A DNA stretch of 64,000 nt from a virus. The stretch covers positions 1-64,000 of IMG/VR virus record IMGVR_UViG_3300028920_001037; one strand, 5' to 3'. Positions 45,797 through 54,689 of this stretch are shown piece after piece. Position numbers and translations under genes: made by a program. Position 1 is the stretch's first letter, and each line of letters begins with the position of its first letter. Below the pieces are notes generated by a model that was given only the letters and a program-made list of their open reading frames with translations, ran no database searches and was not told where the DNA came from.

Positions 45797-47499
45797 TTAT
45801 CCCTCTTTGGTAAATATTTTCTCAATTGTCTATCAAATTCAATATTATCCTTAATAAAATCTAATTCTTTAATCTTATCAAACTCTGCATACCATTTGTC
45901 ACTATTAAATATGTATTTTCCATCTTTATCTAATCTACAATGTTTTCTGCCATGAAAGTGAAGAATCTTTGTCTTTTTGGTAACTTTATCATATTTACAA
46001 CTTGTATTATAATCATTTGATACTATACTGTTTTTATATTTAGGTAATAGTAAATGACATGATTGTTCATCAGGTATAAACATATCTGTGCCATGCTTGG
46101 CATAGTCAAACCAATGTTTCATTAGTTCGCTGTCTTTTTTAAAGGCATATACACCAACATTAATTGAGGCTCTTGGTTCAAGAGCTTCATCCATCATATC
46201 TGGAAATATTTCTCTAAACTCAAGAATTCTTTTCTTTATTACACTTCTTTGGTTCGTCCAATCAGAAAACTGTGTTACGACAAACTCATTCTTATCAGCA
46301 GCGTCATGAAGTTCATCAAAACTTTTTAAAACGATTGTATCAGAATCTATGAATATTGTATTCTCATATGGTGTGTATGTATGTGCTAAACATTTATTTA
46401 AAAGGATTTCTTTACGATTAAGTTTCTCTAAATCAATGATTTTTATATTAACTCCAAAATGTTTCGCTATTTTTTTACATTCATCATATCCACCATAATC
46501 TGATAGTATTGTTATTTTTTCTTTGGGGTAATGGTTTACACAAGTTGATAGAGAAACTGCAAGTCTAACCAATGCACCCTTACCAACATTATAATAAATT
46601 AATCCACATGAACCTTTAATGGGTTTTTCTGATTTTTTAATTTTTTCAATCTTGACTTTTATATCTTTATCTTTTTTATTTTGTTTTTTATCATTTTTCT
46701 CGGCGTCAAATCTATCGTACATTCCCTCAACCTTTTCTGTTTTTATATCTGGAAAATTCTTTAAAGATAATTTAATAGCTTCATCAAAATCTATAAAAGG
46801 AAAAACTTTAAGCTCTGAATCGGGATTGCAATTGTAAACATGAAAATCATTTTTTTCAAAAATGGGCTGAAGCTGAATATATCTTTCATTCATTTTATTA
46901 TATGAATTGTTATTTTGTTTAATCGAACCTGTACTTCTTGTCTGATTCCAAGAATAATTTGCTTGACCACCTTTCATCTTGAAATCACAACCAAGAAGAA
47001 AGACATTTTTAAAACCAAGTACATAACACATTTTAAGAACTGCCATCATTATACTACGACCACCACCATATTTTTTATGGTTTCCCCAATTAATAGTCTT
47101 TTCAGTTAAATATGTATCTTTATTGAAGTGTTCATTTCTATGATAGTAAATTACATTAGGGCAATCCATAACTCTTAATTCTGTTTTTTTCCAATTAAAA
47201 TTATCAAATAAAGTGGTATCAGATTTAGTTATAGGAACAAACTTAGTAATATTAGGGTCTTTCCAAACACTAATCATAAACCTTGATGGATGGTCAACAC
47301 ATGACCACAAATTAGGTCTAAAGGTTTTTGCAGAATTATTTACACCAAATGTTATTATACCGGGTTGTTTAAGTTTATTCAGGTCATGATTATTTAATGA
47401 AGGTCCAGATAAAACCAAGAAGCATGATTTATTTTTATAATGGTTTTCAATTGGAATTGGTTTCTTGTCAAATGTACTAAAGGTCAACTCATCACTCAT
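45793..47499 (-). CDS. Maf/DUF115-like domain + GT8-like glycosyltransferase fusion
   Basis: SGPSL, GVN, P..W..VD, LGFKNVFLLGCD, VYNC; second half IDSDT, NVGV, DEQ, HFHG. Confidence 0.75.
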   Translation of the reverse strand: MSDELTFSTFDKKPIPIENHYKNKSCFLVLSGPSLNNHDLNKLKQPGIITFGVNNSAKTFRPNLWSCVDHPSRFMISVWKDPNITKFVPITKSDTTLFDNFNWKKTELRVMDCPNVIYYHRNEHFNKDTYLTEKTINWGNHKKYGGGRSIMMAVLKMCYVLGFKNVFLLGCDFKMKGGQANYSWNQTRSTGSIKQNNNSYNKMNERYIQLQPIFEKNDFHVYNCNPDSELKVFPFIDFDEAIKLSLKNFPDIKTEKVEGMYDRFDAEKNDKKQNKKDKDIKVKIEKIKKSEKPIKGSCGLIYYNVGKGALVRLAVSLSTCVNHYPKEKITILSDYGGYDECKKIAKHFGVNIKIIDLEKLNRKEILLNKCLAHTYTPYENTIFIDSDTIVLKSFDELHDAADKNEFVVTQFSDWTNQRSVIKKRILEFREIFPDMMDEALEPRASINVGVYAFKKDSELMKHWFDYAKHGTDMFIPDEQSCHLLLPKYKNSIVSNDYNTSCKYDKVTKKTKILHFHGRKHCRLDKDGKYIFNSDKWYAEFDKIKELDFIKDNIEFDRQLRKYLPKRDK

Positions 47500-47522
47500 A
47501 TAAACTCCTATCTATTTCAAGA

Positions 47523-47558
47523 TATTTATAATATAATATATTATTCGTAAAAAGTCAA
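47523..47558 (-). promoter_or_regulatory. Overlapping early (TTGACT-N17-TATATT) and late (TATAAATA) promoters of glycosylation cluster 1
   Basis: -35 at 47553-47558, -10 at 47530-47535, TATAAATA at 47523-47530. Confidence 0.75.
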
Positions 47559-47585
47559 CTTATGTTTGAAACTTAAATAATATAT

Positions 47586-48197
47586 TTACCTATTGTCAAA
47601 TCTTTCATCCTGTTCGGTTTCAACCGGAATTGCATTTATCAAATTATAAATAATATCTTTTTGTTCATCTGTAAACTTCCATCTTTTATTTACATTTTTA
47701 TCAGCCCAGTCTTTAACTGAAGAGCCTTTTTCTTCTGACATTGCTAACCAATCAGCCATCATCTCAGCAACATATATATCAGGCATTTTAGTTGCATCGA
47801 CTAATTGATCTGGTACGGCATCTCTATCTTTTGTATTAATGTTTGCTGTATCTCCAGCCCAACATTCCGGATGATGTTTATTAACCTTAACATGATGTAA
47901 AGTTGCCTCATTACATTTATCCTTAACTCCATCTGGCATTGTATAGTCTTTACCCAAGTCTTTACAATGATAATCCCATGAGATGAAGATATAAGGAATT
48001 TTCTCTACATCATCTTCAAGTTTACTTTTATCATGTTCTTCAGTTTGTTTTGATAAACCTTCATATCGTTTATCATAGTCTTCAATTTTCTTTGCATATT
48101 TTTGAACTCGACCAATGTGTTTTTTAGTTCTTTGTTCAAACCAGTCTTTCATTTCATCAGTATAATTCATACTTTCATAAAAACTTTTAAATGTCAT
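47586..48197 (-). CDS. HD-like (DUF5662-type) protein
   Basis: H...V, HDKSK, HH...NKHHPE, MP.....EM.ADW; N-terminus MTFKSFYE. Confidence 0.75.
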   Translation of the reverse strand: MTFKSFYESMNYTDEMKDWFEQRTKKHIGRVQKYAKKIEDYDKRYEGLSKQTEEHDKSKLEDDVEKIPYIFISWDYHCKDLGKDYTMPDGVKDKCNEATLHHVKVNKHHPECWAGDTANINTKDRDAVPDQLVDATKMPDIYVAEMMADWLAMSEEKGSSVKDWADKNVNKRWKFTDEQKDIIYNLINAIPVETEQDERFDNR

Positions 48198-48207
48198 ACT
48201 AACTCCT

Positions 48208-48831
48208 TTATTTTTCTCCTACTTTAGATGATCCTCCACCCATTTTCCATGCATGTTTTGTCCAACCTGTTTGAGGGCTTCCACTCTTTTTTTCTTCACC
48301 TTCTTCTGGTGAGGTAGCTGCCATTATTTTTTCGTCATCTGAATCTGTTTCGGATTTTCCTATATTAGTTTTATCAAGTAAAAGTTTCATAACTAAGTAT
48401 ACAACATCACCATCAGTTTCTGTATTTTTACTTAAAATTTTATTAAGTTTATAATATCCACCTATACTCGGTTCTGTTTCTAAAAATATTTCAAATTTAG
48501 CAACTTCTGGTTTAATAAAACTTTCAATTGCTTCTTTAACATCATCAACATTTGAGTTAACTTTTTCTGCTAAATTTGAAAGATTAATTTTTTGTATAAG
48601 TTTAATAGAATTTCCTTGTTTACCATCAAACATATAACCATCTATTTCTGGTTTTTGGAATTCTTCATCTTCTTTACCCCATAAATTTAATGCATGAGAA
48701 TCGTCTACTTTAATTAATGTAAAGTCTTTTTGCCCCTCTTGTTGTGGTGCTAAATATGGTTTAAGTTGATCTTTAACATCTTCAAAAAAAGTATTAAGTT
48801 TATTATACAAAAATTGTTTATGTTCCCTCAT
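48208..48831 (-). CDS. Hypothetical acidic protein
   Basis: GGAGG RBS. Confidence 0.6.
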   Translation of the reverse strand: MREHKQFLYNKLNTFFEDVKDQLKPYLAPQQEGQKDFTLIKVDDSHALNLWGKEDEEFQKPEIDGYMFDGKQGNSIKLIQKINLSNLAEKVNSNVDDVKEAIESFIKPEVAKFEIFLETEPSIGGYYKLNKILSKNTETDGDVVYLVMKLLLDKTNIGKSETDSDDEKIMAATSPEEGEEKKSGSPQTGWTKHAWKMGGGSSKVGEK

Positions 48832-48988
48832 TATTTCCTCCCAAGTTTTCTAAAAATGATAATTGTTTATCTACATACCAGTTATATTCTAAATAATTAT
48901 TAAATTGTTTATCTCTAGCATTAACATCTTCATTAATACTTTTATCGTCATTCATTTTTTCATTTAAATATTTATCAAAGTTTTCCAT
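48818..48988 (-). CDS. Small protein (56 aa) with capsid-targeting-like N-terminus
   Basis: Manual translation MENFDKYLNEK...; fills the gap between two genes. Confidence 0.55.
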   Translation of the reverse strand: MENFDKYLNEKMNDDKSINEDVNARDKQFNNYLEYNWYVDKQLSFLENLGGNNEGT

Positions 48989-48989
48989 A

Positions 48990-49964
48990 TTAAACCGATA
49001 CCTTTTCTTTTTCTTTAGATGTTACAAATTGTTTTCTAGATTCTCTTATTTTATTTATAAAACCTCTCAAAATATCTTCTAGATTATCTTTTTTAATTTC
49101 ATATACTATTGATGTATTTGTTTCGGGATCTGTAAACTGTGCCATATTAATATAACTATAACCAGGAGGAATATCCCAGAAACCATCAAACTTTAATCCT
49201 GTTTTATCAGCTAAGTATTTAGCTATCTGAACAATACTTGTATCAATTTTTTCAATTCCATTTTCTTCTGTAAGCAATCTAATACTATTATTTTTACTAT
49301 AAAAAGATAACATTTTTTCAGTTATATATTTTTCATAATTATTTACAGACTCTTCCTTTTCTTCTTCATCTTGTAATTCAGGTTCAAGTTTATCTTTATA
49401 AGGATAAAGGTCTATTTTAAAGAAGTCTGTATCTTCAAATTTAATGAATTCAGCTTTTTGGTCTTTATCTTCAATCTCTATTTTTTTCCAATCACCTTCT
49501 TCGTCCATATATTCTTTAACTGCATCTATAGGAACATTGGCAACAAACACAATGCTAACTTCTTCATCTTCTTCCATATCAGCAGCTTTAGAAGGTTCTA
49601 ATGTTGCCATAACATATTTACCTTCTTCAAAGTCTTTGTATTTCTCTTTATCTTTAACACCATAGTAGAAATCAAAAAGTTCACCTTCAATAGCCTTTTC
49701 TGGTTCTGGTTGAGCAGCTGGTGCTCCCATACCAGGCATATTTTTTCTTTTCTTTGCCTTATCATATTTACTAGTTTTCTTTTTCTTTCTAGCCAAGTCG
49801 ATTGGTTTATATTTCATTTGTTCTTCAGGTGCCAAAGACTTAATCTTAACATAATGCATTTCACCTGATTTGGTTCTGTGCCAAACTCTTCTTTCGCGCC
49901 ATGCGATTGAAGGTGGTTTATAGTCTTTTGAATACTCGTTTAATAAATGATCTAATATACTCAT
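48990..49964 (-). CDS. Hypothetical protein with basic N-terminus and acidic core
   Basis: MSILDHLLNE; internal YEKYITE. Confidence 0.6.
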   Translation of the reverse strand: MSILDHLLNEYSKDYKPPSIAWRERRVWHRTKSGEMHYVKIKSLAPEEQMKYKPIDLARKKKKTSKYDKAKKRKNMPGMGAPAAQPEPEKAIEGELFDFYYGVKDKEKYKDFEEGKYVMATLEPSKAADMEEDEEVSIVFVANVPIDAVKEYMDEEGDWKKIEIEDKDQKAEFIKFEDTDFFKIDLYPYKDKLEPELQDEEEKEESVNNYEKYITEKMLSFYSKNNSIRLLTEENGIEKIDTSIVQIAKYLADKTGLKFDGFWDIPPGYSYINMAQFTDPETNTSIVYEIKKDNLEDILRGFINKIRESRKQFVTSKEKEKVSV

Positions 49965-49975
49965 TTGTTATCCTT

Positions 49976-51337
49976 TTATAATTCGAATTCGTTTATATCT
50001 GTAATATCAGCTTCTACTTGGAAAAATTTTAAAAAGTAACCCAATCCTTTCTTAATAATTTGAACTATGGCGTTGTAAATTCTTTTCATAAAATTAACAA
50101 CTACAGTACCATACTTTTTAATTTTATCCATAAAACCTTCATTAAGATCTTCTGTAATTAAATCACAATCTATTCCTAATGATTCGGCATATTCAAATAA
50201 TTTACAAACATTTATTTCAGTTGTTTCTTTCTTTACAGGCACTTCTTGAACATCAAGAATAGTTGAAGAACCGCTGTTACCACTAGTCTTCCAATTAACC
50301 AAAATCTTAACTTGATTAGCTAATTTTTTAATTTTACTACTAATAATTGCAAACTCAATTACTGATGCATCACTATTAAATTTTAAAAAGTAGTTTGCCT
50401 TTGGTGGTTGTTCAATGAATTTTAAATCTCCGGTAACGGCCTCTTTAATAAATTCTTGTTTAAATCGACTATTGTTTGCTACAATATTATTTAAAATTCT
50501 TTCAAACTCTTTGTGGTTTAATCCTATTTTTGTTTTAGCTTCTAAATCTTTTACATTTCTTCCTAATAAAGCTTCTTCACTAGATTCTGGTTTAACCCAT
50601 TTATCTACGGTTTTAATAAATTCATCACCAACATTTGCCTTATTTAAAGCATTATAGATGAGAGCTTGACCTTCACCATGTATTACCTGTGGTGATGCTA
50701 AACGAATTCGACCAGTTTTACTCATTAACTTTAATGACATTCTATATGCTTCACTAATTAAAACGTCAGTTTTTGGCGTTCTATCTGGTGATCTTTTTGA
50801 ATTTACCAATGATACATATTGTCTACTCAATTGATAATTTTTATTGGCTCCTATATTAATAGCTGGTTGATTAGTTTTAATTTGTTTATCAATATAATCA
50901 GCTATTTTTTTACCAACAGTATTATCCATTGATGTTGGTTCTTTAACTTTGAATTCCTTAATATGTTTTTTATTCCAAGCATTAGTTATAGCAGCTTCAT
51001 ATGTTGTACCTTTTTCTAAAGATCTTGATACGAATTCCTTTGTCTTAACTATATGTGCTAATCTATATTTTTCACCATCACTACCTATAAATAAAATATT
51101 TTTAATATTCTCATCTCTATCTTTTAACATTTTAATTGCTTTTGAATTTAAATTTACAGGGAAAGTAATTTCTTTAGTTTCACCTTTTTTTCTTATGGCA
51201 AATTTCGATTCATCTTTAATCTTTTTTAAAAATGTATCGACTCTACCAGGTCTATTAAATAAACTTACATAACTAAAAGTACCACGACCAGCATGTTTGT
51301 CTTCGGACTCAGTAAAATAATGTTCTCTAAATCTCAT
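49976..51337 (-). CDS. PD-(D/E)XK-like nuclease-fold protein with capsid-targeting-like N-terminus
   Basis: MRFREHYFTE; E...PKTD.......SLK; EA.TG..KF. Confidence 0.55.
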   Translation of the reverse strand: MRFREHYFTESEDKHAGRGTFSYVSLFNRPGRVDTFLKKIKDESKFAIRKKGETKEITFPVNLNSKAIKMLKDRDENIKNILFIGSDGEKYRLAHIVKTKEFVSRSLEKGTTYEAAITNAWNKKHIKEFKVKEPTSMDNTVGKKIADYIDKQIKTNQPAINIGANKNYQLSRQYVSLVNSKRSPDRTPKTDVLISEAYRMSLKLMSKTGRIRLASPQVIHGEGQALIYNALNKANVGDEFIKTVDKWVKPESSEEALLGRNVKDLEAKTKIGLNHKEFERILNNIVANNSRFKQEFIKEAVTGDLKFIEQPPKANYFLKFNSDASVIEFAIISSKIKKLANQVKILVNWKTSGNSGSSTILDVQEVPVKKETTEINVCKLFEYAESLGIDCDLITEDLNEGFMDKIKKYGTVVVNFMKRIYNAIVQIIKKGLGYFLKFFQVEADITDINEFEL

Positions 51338-51346
51338 TGTTACTCC

Positions 51347-52435
51347 TTATAAATCTGTAAAATCAATAGGTTCAGCTTCTATTACTGGAATTATTCCCCA
51401 AAAATTACAAAAATCGTCAAAACCTTTTTTAAGCATGTTTATTAATTTATTAAAAATATTCTTAAAAAAGTCCCATATTTTTTGTAATACTCCTTGTTCT
51501 TCTTCATTTAACAAAGATAATTCTTTATCTAGATATTTATATTCCTGTACAAGAAAATCATTCCAACATGTTGCTTCCTTAGTTGGGTCTTTTGCTTCAT
51601 ATCTATGTGATGTTCTATAATATAAATTGGATGGGTCATGTTTATCCTTATCCGTTTTATATGAAATTCTAAACTTAGATTTCTGCATTACCTTATCTAT
51701 AAAATTATCATCTGTTAAAATATCATAATATCCTATTTTCTTAGCATCATTTGTAAAAGAAAGCATTTTATAGGCCGCGGCTTTTGGTTCTGTTGATGAA
51801 AATTTAATTTGTCCTGACAAAGCTTCCTTAACAATATCCCTATTAAATTCCTCATTTTGAAATATATCTTTTAACATAACCTGTATTTTATCATCAAGTT
51901 CTTTTGTTTTATCTGCTATTTCTTTTTTACGACTTGCCGGTGCCTTAAATCTATCCATAAATCCTTGTTCCATAGTTCTATTTAATTCTACAACTTGGTT
52001 CTGTAATCCTTGATATAGTTCCTTTTTGCTGTTCATAACTGCAAAAAACAATGCCATAGATTCTGTTTTGGCTCCACTTGAGAGTGTTGACTTCTCACCC
52101 TTTGCACCAGCTTTAAGTGATAGATTAATCTGTTTAGGACTGTTAACTACTATGTCGGATTTTGATTTTGATTTACCAGCAGGATATTCAGTTCCTGTTT
52201 CTGGATCAACAAATGCAAATGCTTTACTTACTTGAAATGGTACCGGACCTATAGCTTCGGATTCTACATCTCCAGTTATATTTTCTCTTTTAAAAAAGTC
52301 TTCACAAACTTTTTTAGTCGCTTCTGCAAGTTCTGGAAATGATTCAACACGACCAGTATTTAAATATTCATTGACAGTAACTTCAAATTGATCACCAATA
52401 GTTGCTTCTGTTAAATAAAATTCCTTAAATCTCAT
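51347..52435 (-). CDS. PD-(D/E)XK-like nuclease-fold protein (paralogue of 49976-51337)
   Basis: MRFKEFYLTE; FE...KSD........LSLK; EALSG..KF. Confidence 0.55.
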   Translation of the reverse strand: MRFKEFYLTEATIGDQFEVTVNEYLNTGRVESFPELAEATKKVCEDFFKRENITGDVESEAIGPVPFQVSKAFAFVDPETGTEYPAGKSKSKSDIVVNSPKQINLSLKAGAKGEKSTLSSGAKTESMALFFAVMNSKKELYQGLQNQVVELNRTMEQGFMDRFKAPASRKKEIADKTKELDDKIQVMLKDIFQNEEFNRDIVKEALSGQIKFSSTEPKAAAYKMLSFTNDAKKIGYYDILTDDNFIDKVMQKSKFRISYKTDKDKHDPSNLYYRTSHRYEAKDPTKEATCWNDFLVQEYKYLDKELSLLNEEEQGVLQKIWDFFKNIFNKLINMLKKGFDDFCNFWGIIPVIEAEPIDFTDL

Positions 52436-52439
52436 CGGA

Positions 52440-53912
52440 TTAACCTTTCTTTGCCATTGCCCATCTATGTGCTAAAGCTTTACTTGTTTTTATCTTCTCA
52501 CCCTTCTCAGCGGCTTCTTTTGCTTTCTCAAGTGTTGCTTTTAGTTTTGACCACTTATCAATACCTGATTGCTTTCCCTTACCAGCTGTAACAGCAGCCA
52601 CAGCCGCTTCCATATTCTTTTCAAACTTTCCTGTAAGAGAATCAATCGATCTTGCTATACCAAGTTTCGATGCTTCGGCTTCTCCACCAGCTTGATATTC
52701 TTTTCCATAAGTTTCTAAATCCTTAATGAAGTTTGCAACATCCAATTTTCCAGAAACTAACTTTACAAATAAGTCTATTCTATCTTTTCTGATAGGAACA
52801 AGATGCATTAATTCTTGACCCAATTCCTTATCTTGATAAACAATCTTATATAAAGATTCTGCCTTTTCAGGAACAGTTTGGTCTGAATTGACTATATTCA
52901 CAAACTCAGGGTTATTTACAACAGAACTAATAATCTTCTCGACTCTATTATCATACTTTGTTCCTGCACCATGAATAGGAAGAAAGATATGTTTCTTTTC
53001 TTTCTTCTTACAATAGTTACACTTTCTACAGTCACCTATACAATGACGAGCAATTGTAACTGGTGAACCATAATACTCTTGACCTTTAATAGTTTTGTCT
53101 TTAATCTTCTTCATTATGTCAATGAATTCATCATACTCGACTGCTATAAATGCATTATCTAACATATACTGTGAACCATTAACACATACATTAGGTCCTA
53201 AATCTCCAACATCTAAATCGGTTCTATGTGTATATGTGTATATTTGTAAAGGTGAACCTATGTTATTTAGTTCTGCTCCGACTTGTGCAAGTTTTTTAAC
53301 ATCATCTGCTGTTCCTATTTTTGCTTTCATCTCATCAGGAACTTTTGCTAGAAGTGCAGGGTCAGTTGGAATATTTCTAAATTCACCTGCTTCATTGACT
53401 CTTACATACTTAATCTTCTTTAAAGCCTTTGCAATCTCATCTAATCCTTTTGCAATACCAGCTGGAGTCAAACATGCCCATTGTTTTTCATGTCTTATAT
53501 TCTTTGCTAATGGTGATCCTGGTTTATCCCCCCATCTCTTTTCTGGAGCCAATGCATAACAATTACCATCAGCGGCTAGTTTACACAAACCAATCTTGGC
53601 AGACATACAATCCGTTGCTGTTGACATATTCATTAAAATAGTATCGCCACCTATTTTAATATTACCTTTACCAACTTCAAAGTGTCTTTCTTCTCCTGTG
53701 TCCGGGTCTTTATAAGTTATTGACGGAGATTTATACTTATCATCTTTTTCTTCTGTAAGAGTTATTTCCTTTAATGCCCCTTCTTTAATAAGAGTTGGAA
53801 AATATTTGTCAGGAATTCCAATGTGCAACTTTCCACTTTCATCAAAATAACAAAGTTCAAAATGAATAGGAATGTTAAGTTCAGGCTGATTATAATGTTC
53901 TGTAAATCTCAT
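52440..53912 (-). CDS. GP88-like (radical-SAM-related Fe-S) protein
   Basis: C.......C.......CYA, R.NEAGEF, YTYT, C...C..C..C. Confidence 0.65.
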   Translation of the reverse strand: MRFTEHYNQPELNIPIHFELCYFDESGKLHIGIPDKYFPTLIKEGALKEITLTEEKDDKYKSPSITYKDPDTGEERHFEVGKGNIKIGGDTILMNMSTATDCMSAKIGLCKLAADGNCYALAPEKRWGDKPGSPLAKNIRHEKQWACLTPAGIAKGLDEIAKALKKIKYVRVNEAGEFRNIPTDPALLAKVPDEMKAKIGTADDVKKLAQVGAELNNIGSPLQIYTYTHRTDLDVGDLGPNVCVNGSQYMLDNAFIAVEYDEFIDIMKKIKDKTIKGQEYYGSPVTIARHCIGDCRKCNYCKKKEKKHIFLPIHGAGTKYDNRVEKIISSVVNNPEFVNIVNSDQTVPEKAESLYKIVYQDKELGQELMHLVPIRKDRIDLFVKLVSGKLDVANFIKDLETYGKEYQAGGEAEASKLGIARSIDSLTGKFEKNMEAAVAAVTAGKGKQSGIDKWSKLKATLEKAKEAAEKGEKIKTSKALAHRWAMAKKG

Positions 53913-54403
53913 ATAAGTTCGAATCCTTCCTCTTTTATTTTTGATTTGGTTTCTTCAAACTTCTTTTGCATTTTATCTATAATATGGTCAGGTACATCTG
54001 ATCTATCTTTACCTGCTTCAATATCTTTTCTAATTCTTCTTTTCGATTCTTCTGGGTCAATTTCAAAAATTTTTGCCTTAAGTTTAATATCTTTTGGCAT
54101 TTGTTTAATTAGACTTCTTCTTTTTTCTGTATCAACATTGGTTGCATCATATATTACAGAATCTCCACCTTCCAAGAATCTCTTGGTTGCTTCTTCTGCC
54201 ATTTGAAAGACTTGAGCATTCATTGACTGGTCTGAAATATCGTCTGCCATTTCGCGTCTTATTTCATCAGGTGAAACAATTTTATATTTATTACCTTTAT
54301 TGAATTCCTTTATCCAAGTAGACTTACCGGATCCAGGAATTCCAATCGGAAGAACTAGTTCCGGTTTATCATCTTCAGTATAAAATTCTTTAAATCTATT
54401 CAT
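53909..54403 (-). CDS. Polynucleotide kinase-like P-loop kinase (AAA_33)
   Basis: GIPGSGKST, SPDEIR, DATN...RR, R...R...VP; N-terminus MNRFKEFYTE. Confidence 0.85.
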   Translation of the reverse strand: MNRFKEFYTEDDKPELVLPIGIPGSGKSTWIKEFNKGNKYKIVSPDEIRREMADDISDQSMNAQVFQMAEEATKRFLEGGDSVIYDATNVDTEKRRSLIKQMPKDIKLKAKIFEIDPEESKRRIRKDIEAGKDRSDVPDHIIDKMQKKFEETKSKIKEEGFELI

Positions 54404-54408
54404 AAATA

Positions 54409-54416
54409 TATTTATA
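54409..54416 (-). promoter_or_regulatory. Late promoter TATAAATA (leaderless-type spacing to the ATG)
   Basis: Octamer 5 nt upstream of the start codon at 54403. Confidence 0.65.
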
Positions 54417-54422
54417 ATTTAA

Positions 54423-54689
54423 TTAATGTGATAGATATAAGTCTATAGTTTTCTTATCAAAACCAATATCTATTAAATATTTCTCTTGTGCTTCCGATAA
54501 TCTTTTAACTGCCACAAACATATTTTCATTATTATTATTTAAATGTGTAACTTTTACCCATCCTTTTTGTTCTAACTCTTGTTCTGTAAATCCAATTTTT
54601 TCTGAAAACTTAACATGTTCACCATAACCACAAGGATAAAAATTGCCATCTCTATCTATCCACCCTGTTGTTGGTGTTGTTTCTTTCAT
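54423..54689 (-). CDS. Hypothetical phage protein
   Basis: GWI..DG.F..C....H...GWVK motif. Confidence 0.65.
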   Translation of the reverse strand: MKETTPTTGWIDRDGNFYPCGYGEHVKFSEKIGFTEQELEQKGWVKVTHLNNNNENMFVAVKRLSEAQEKYLIDIGFDKKTIDLYLSH

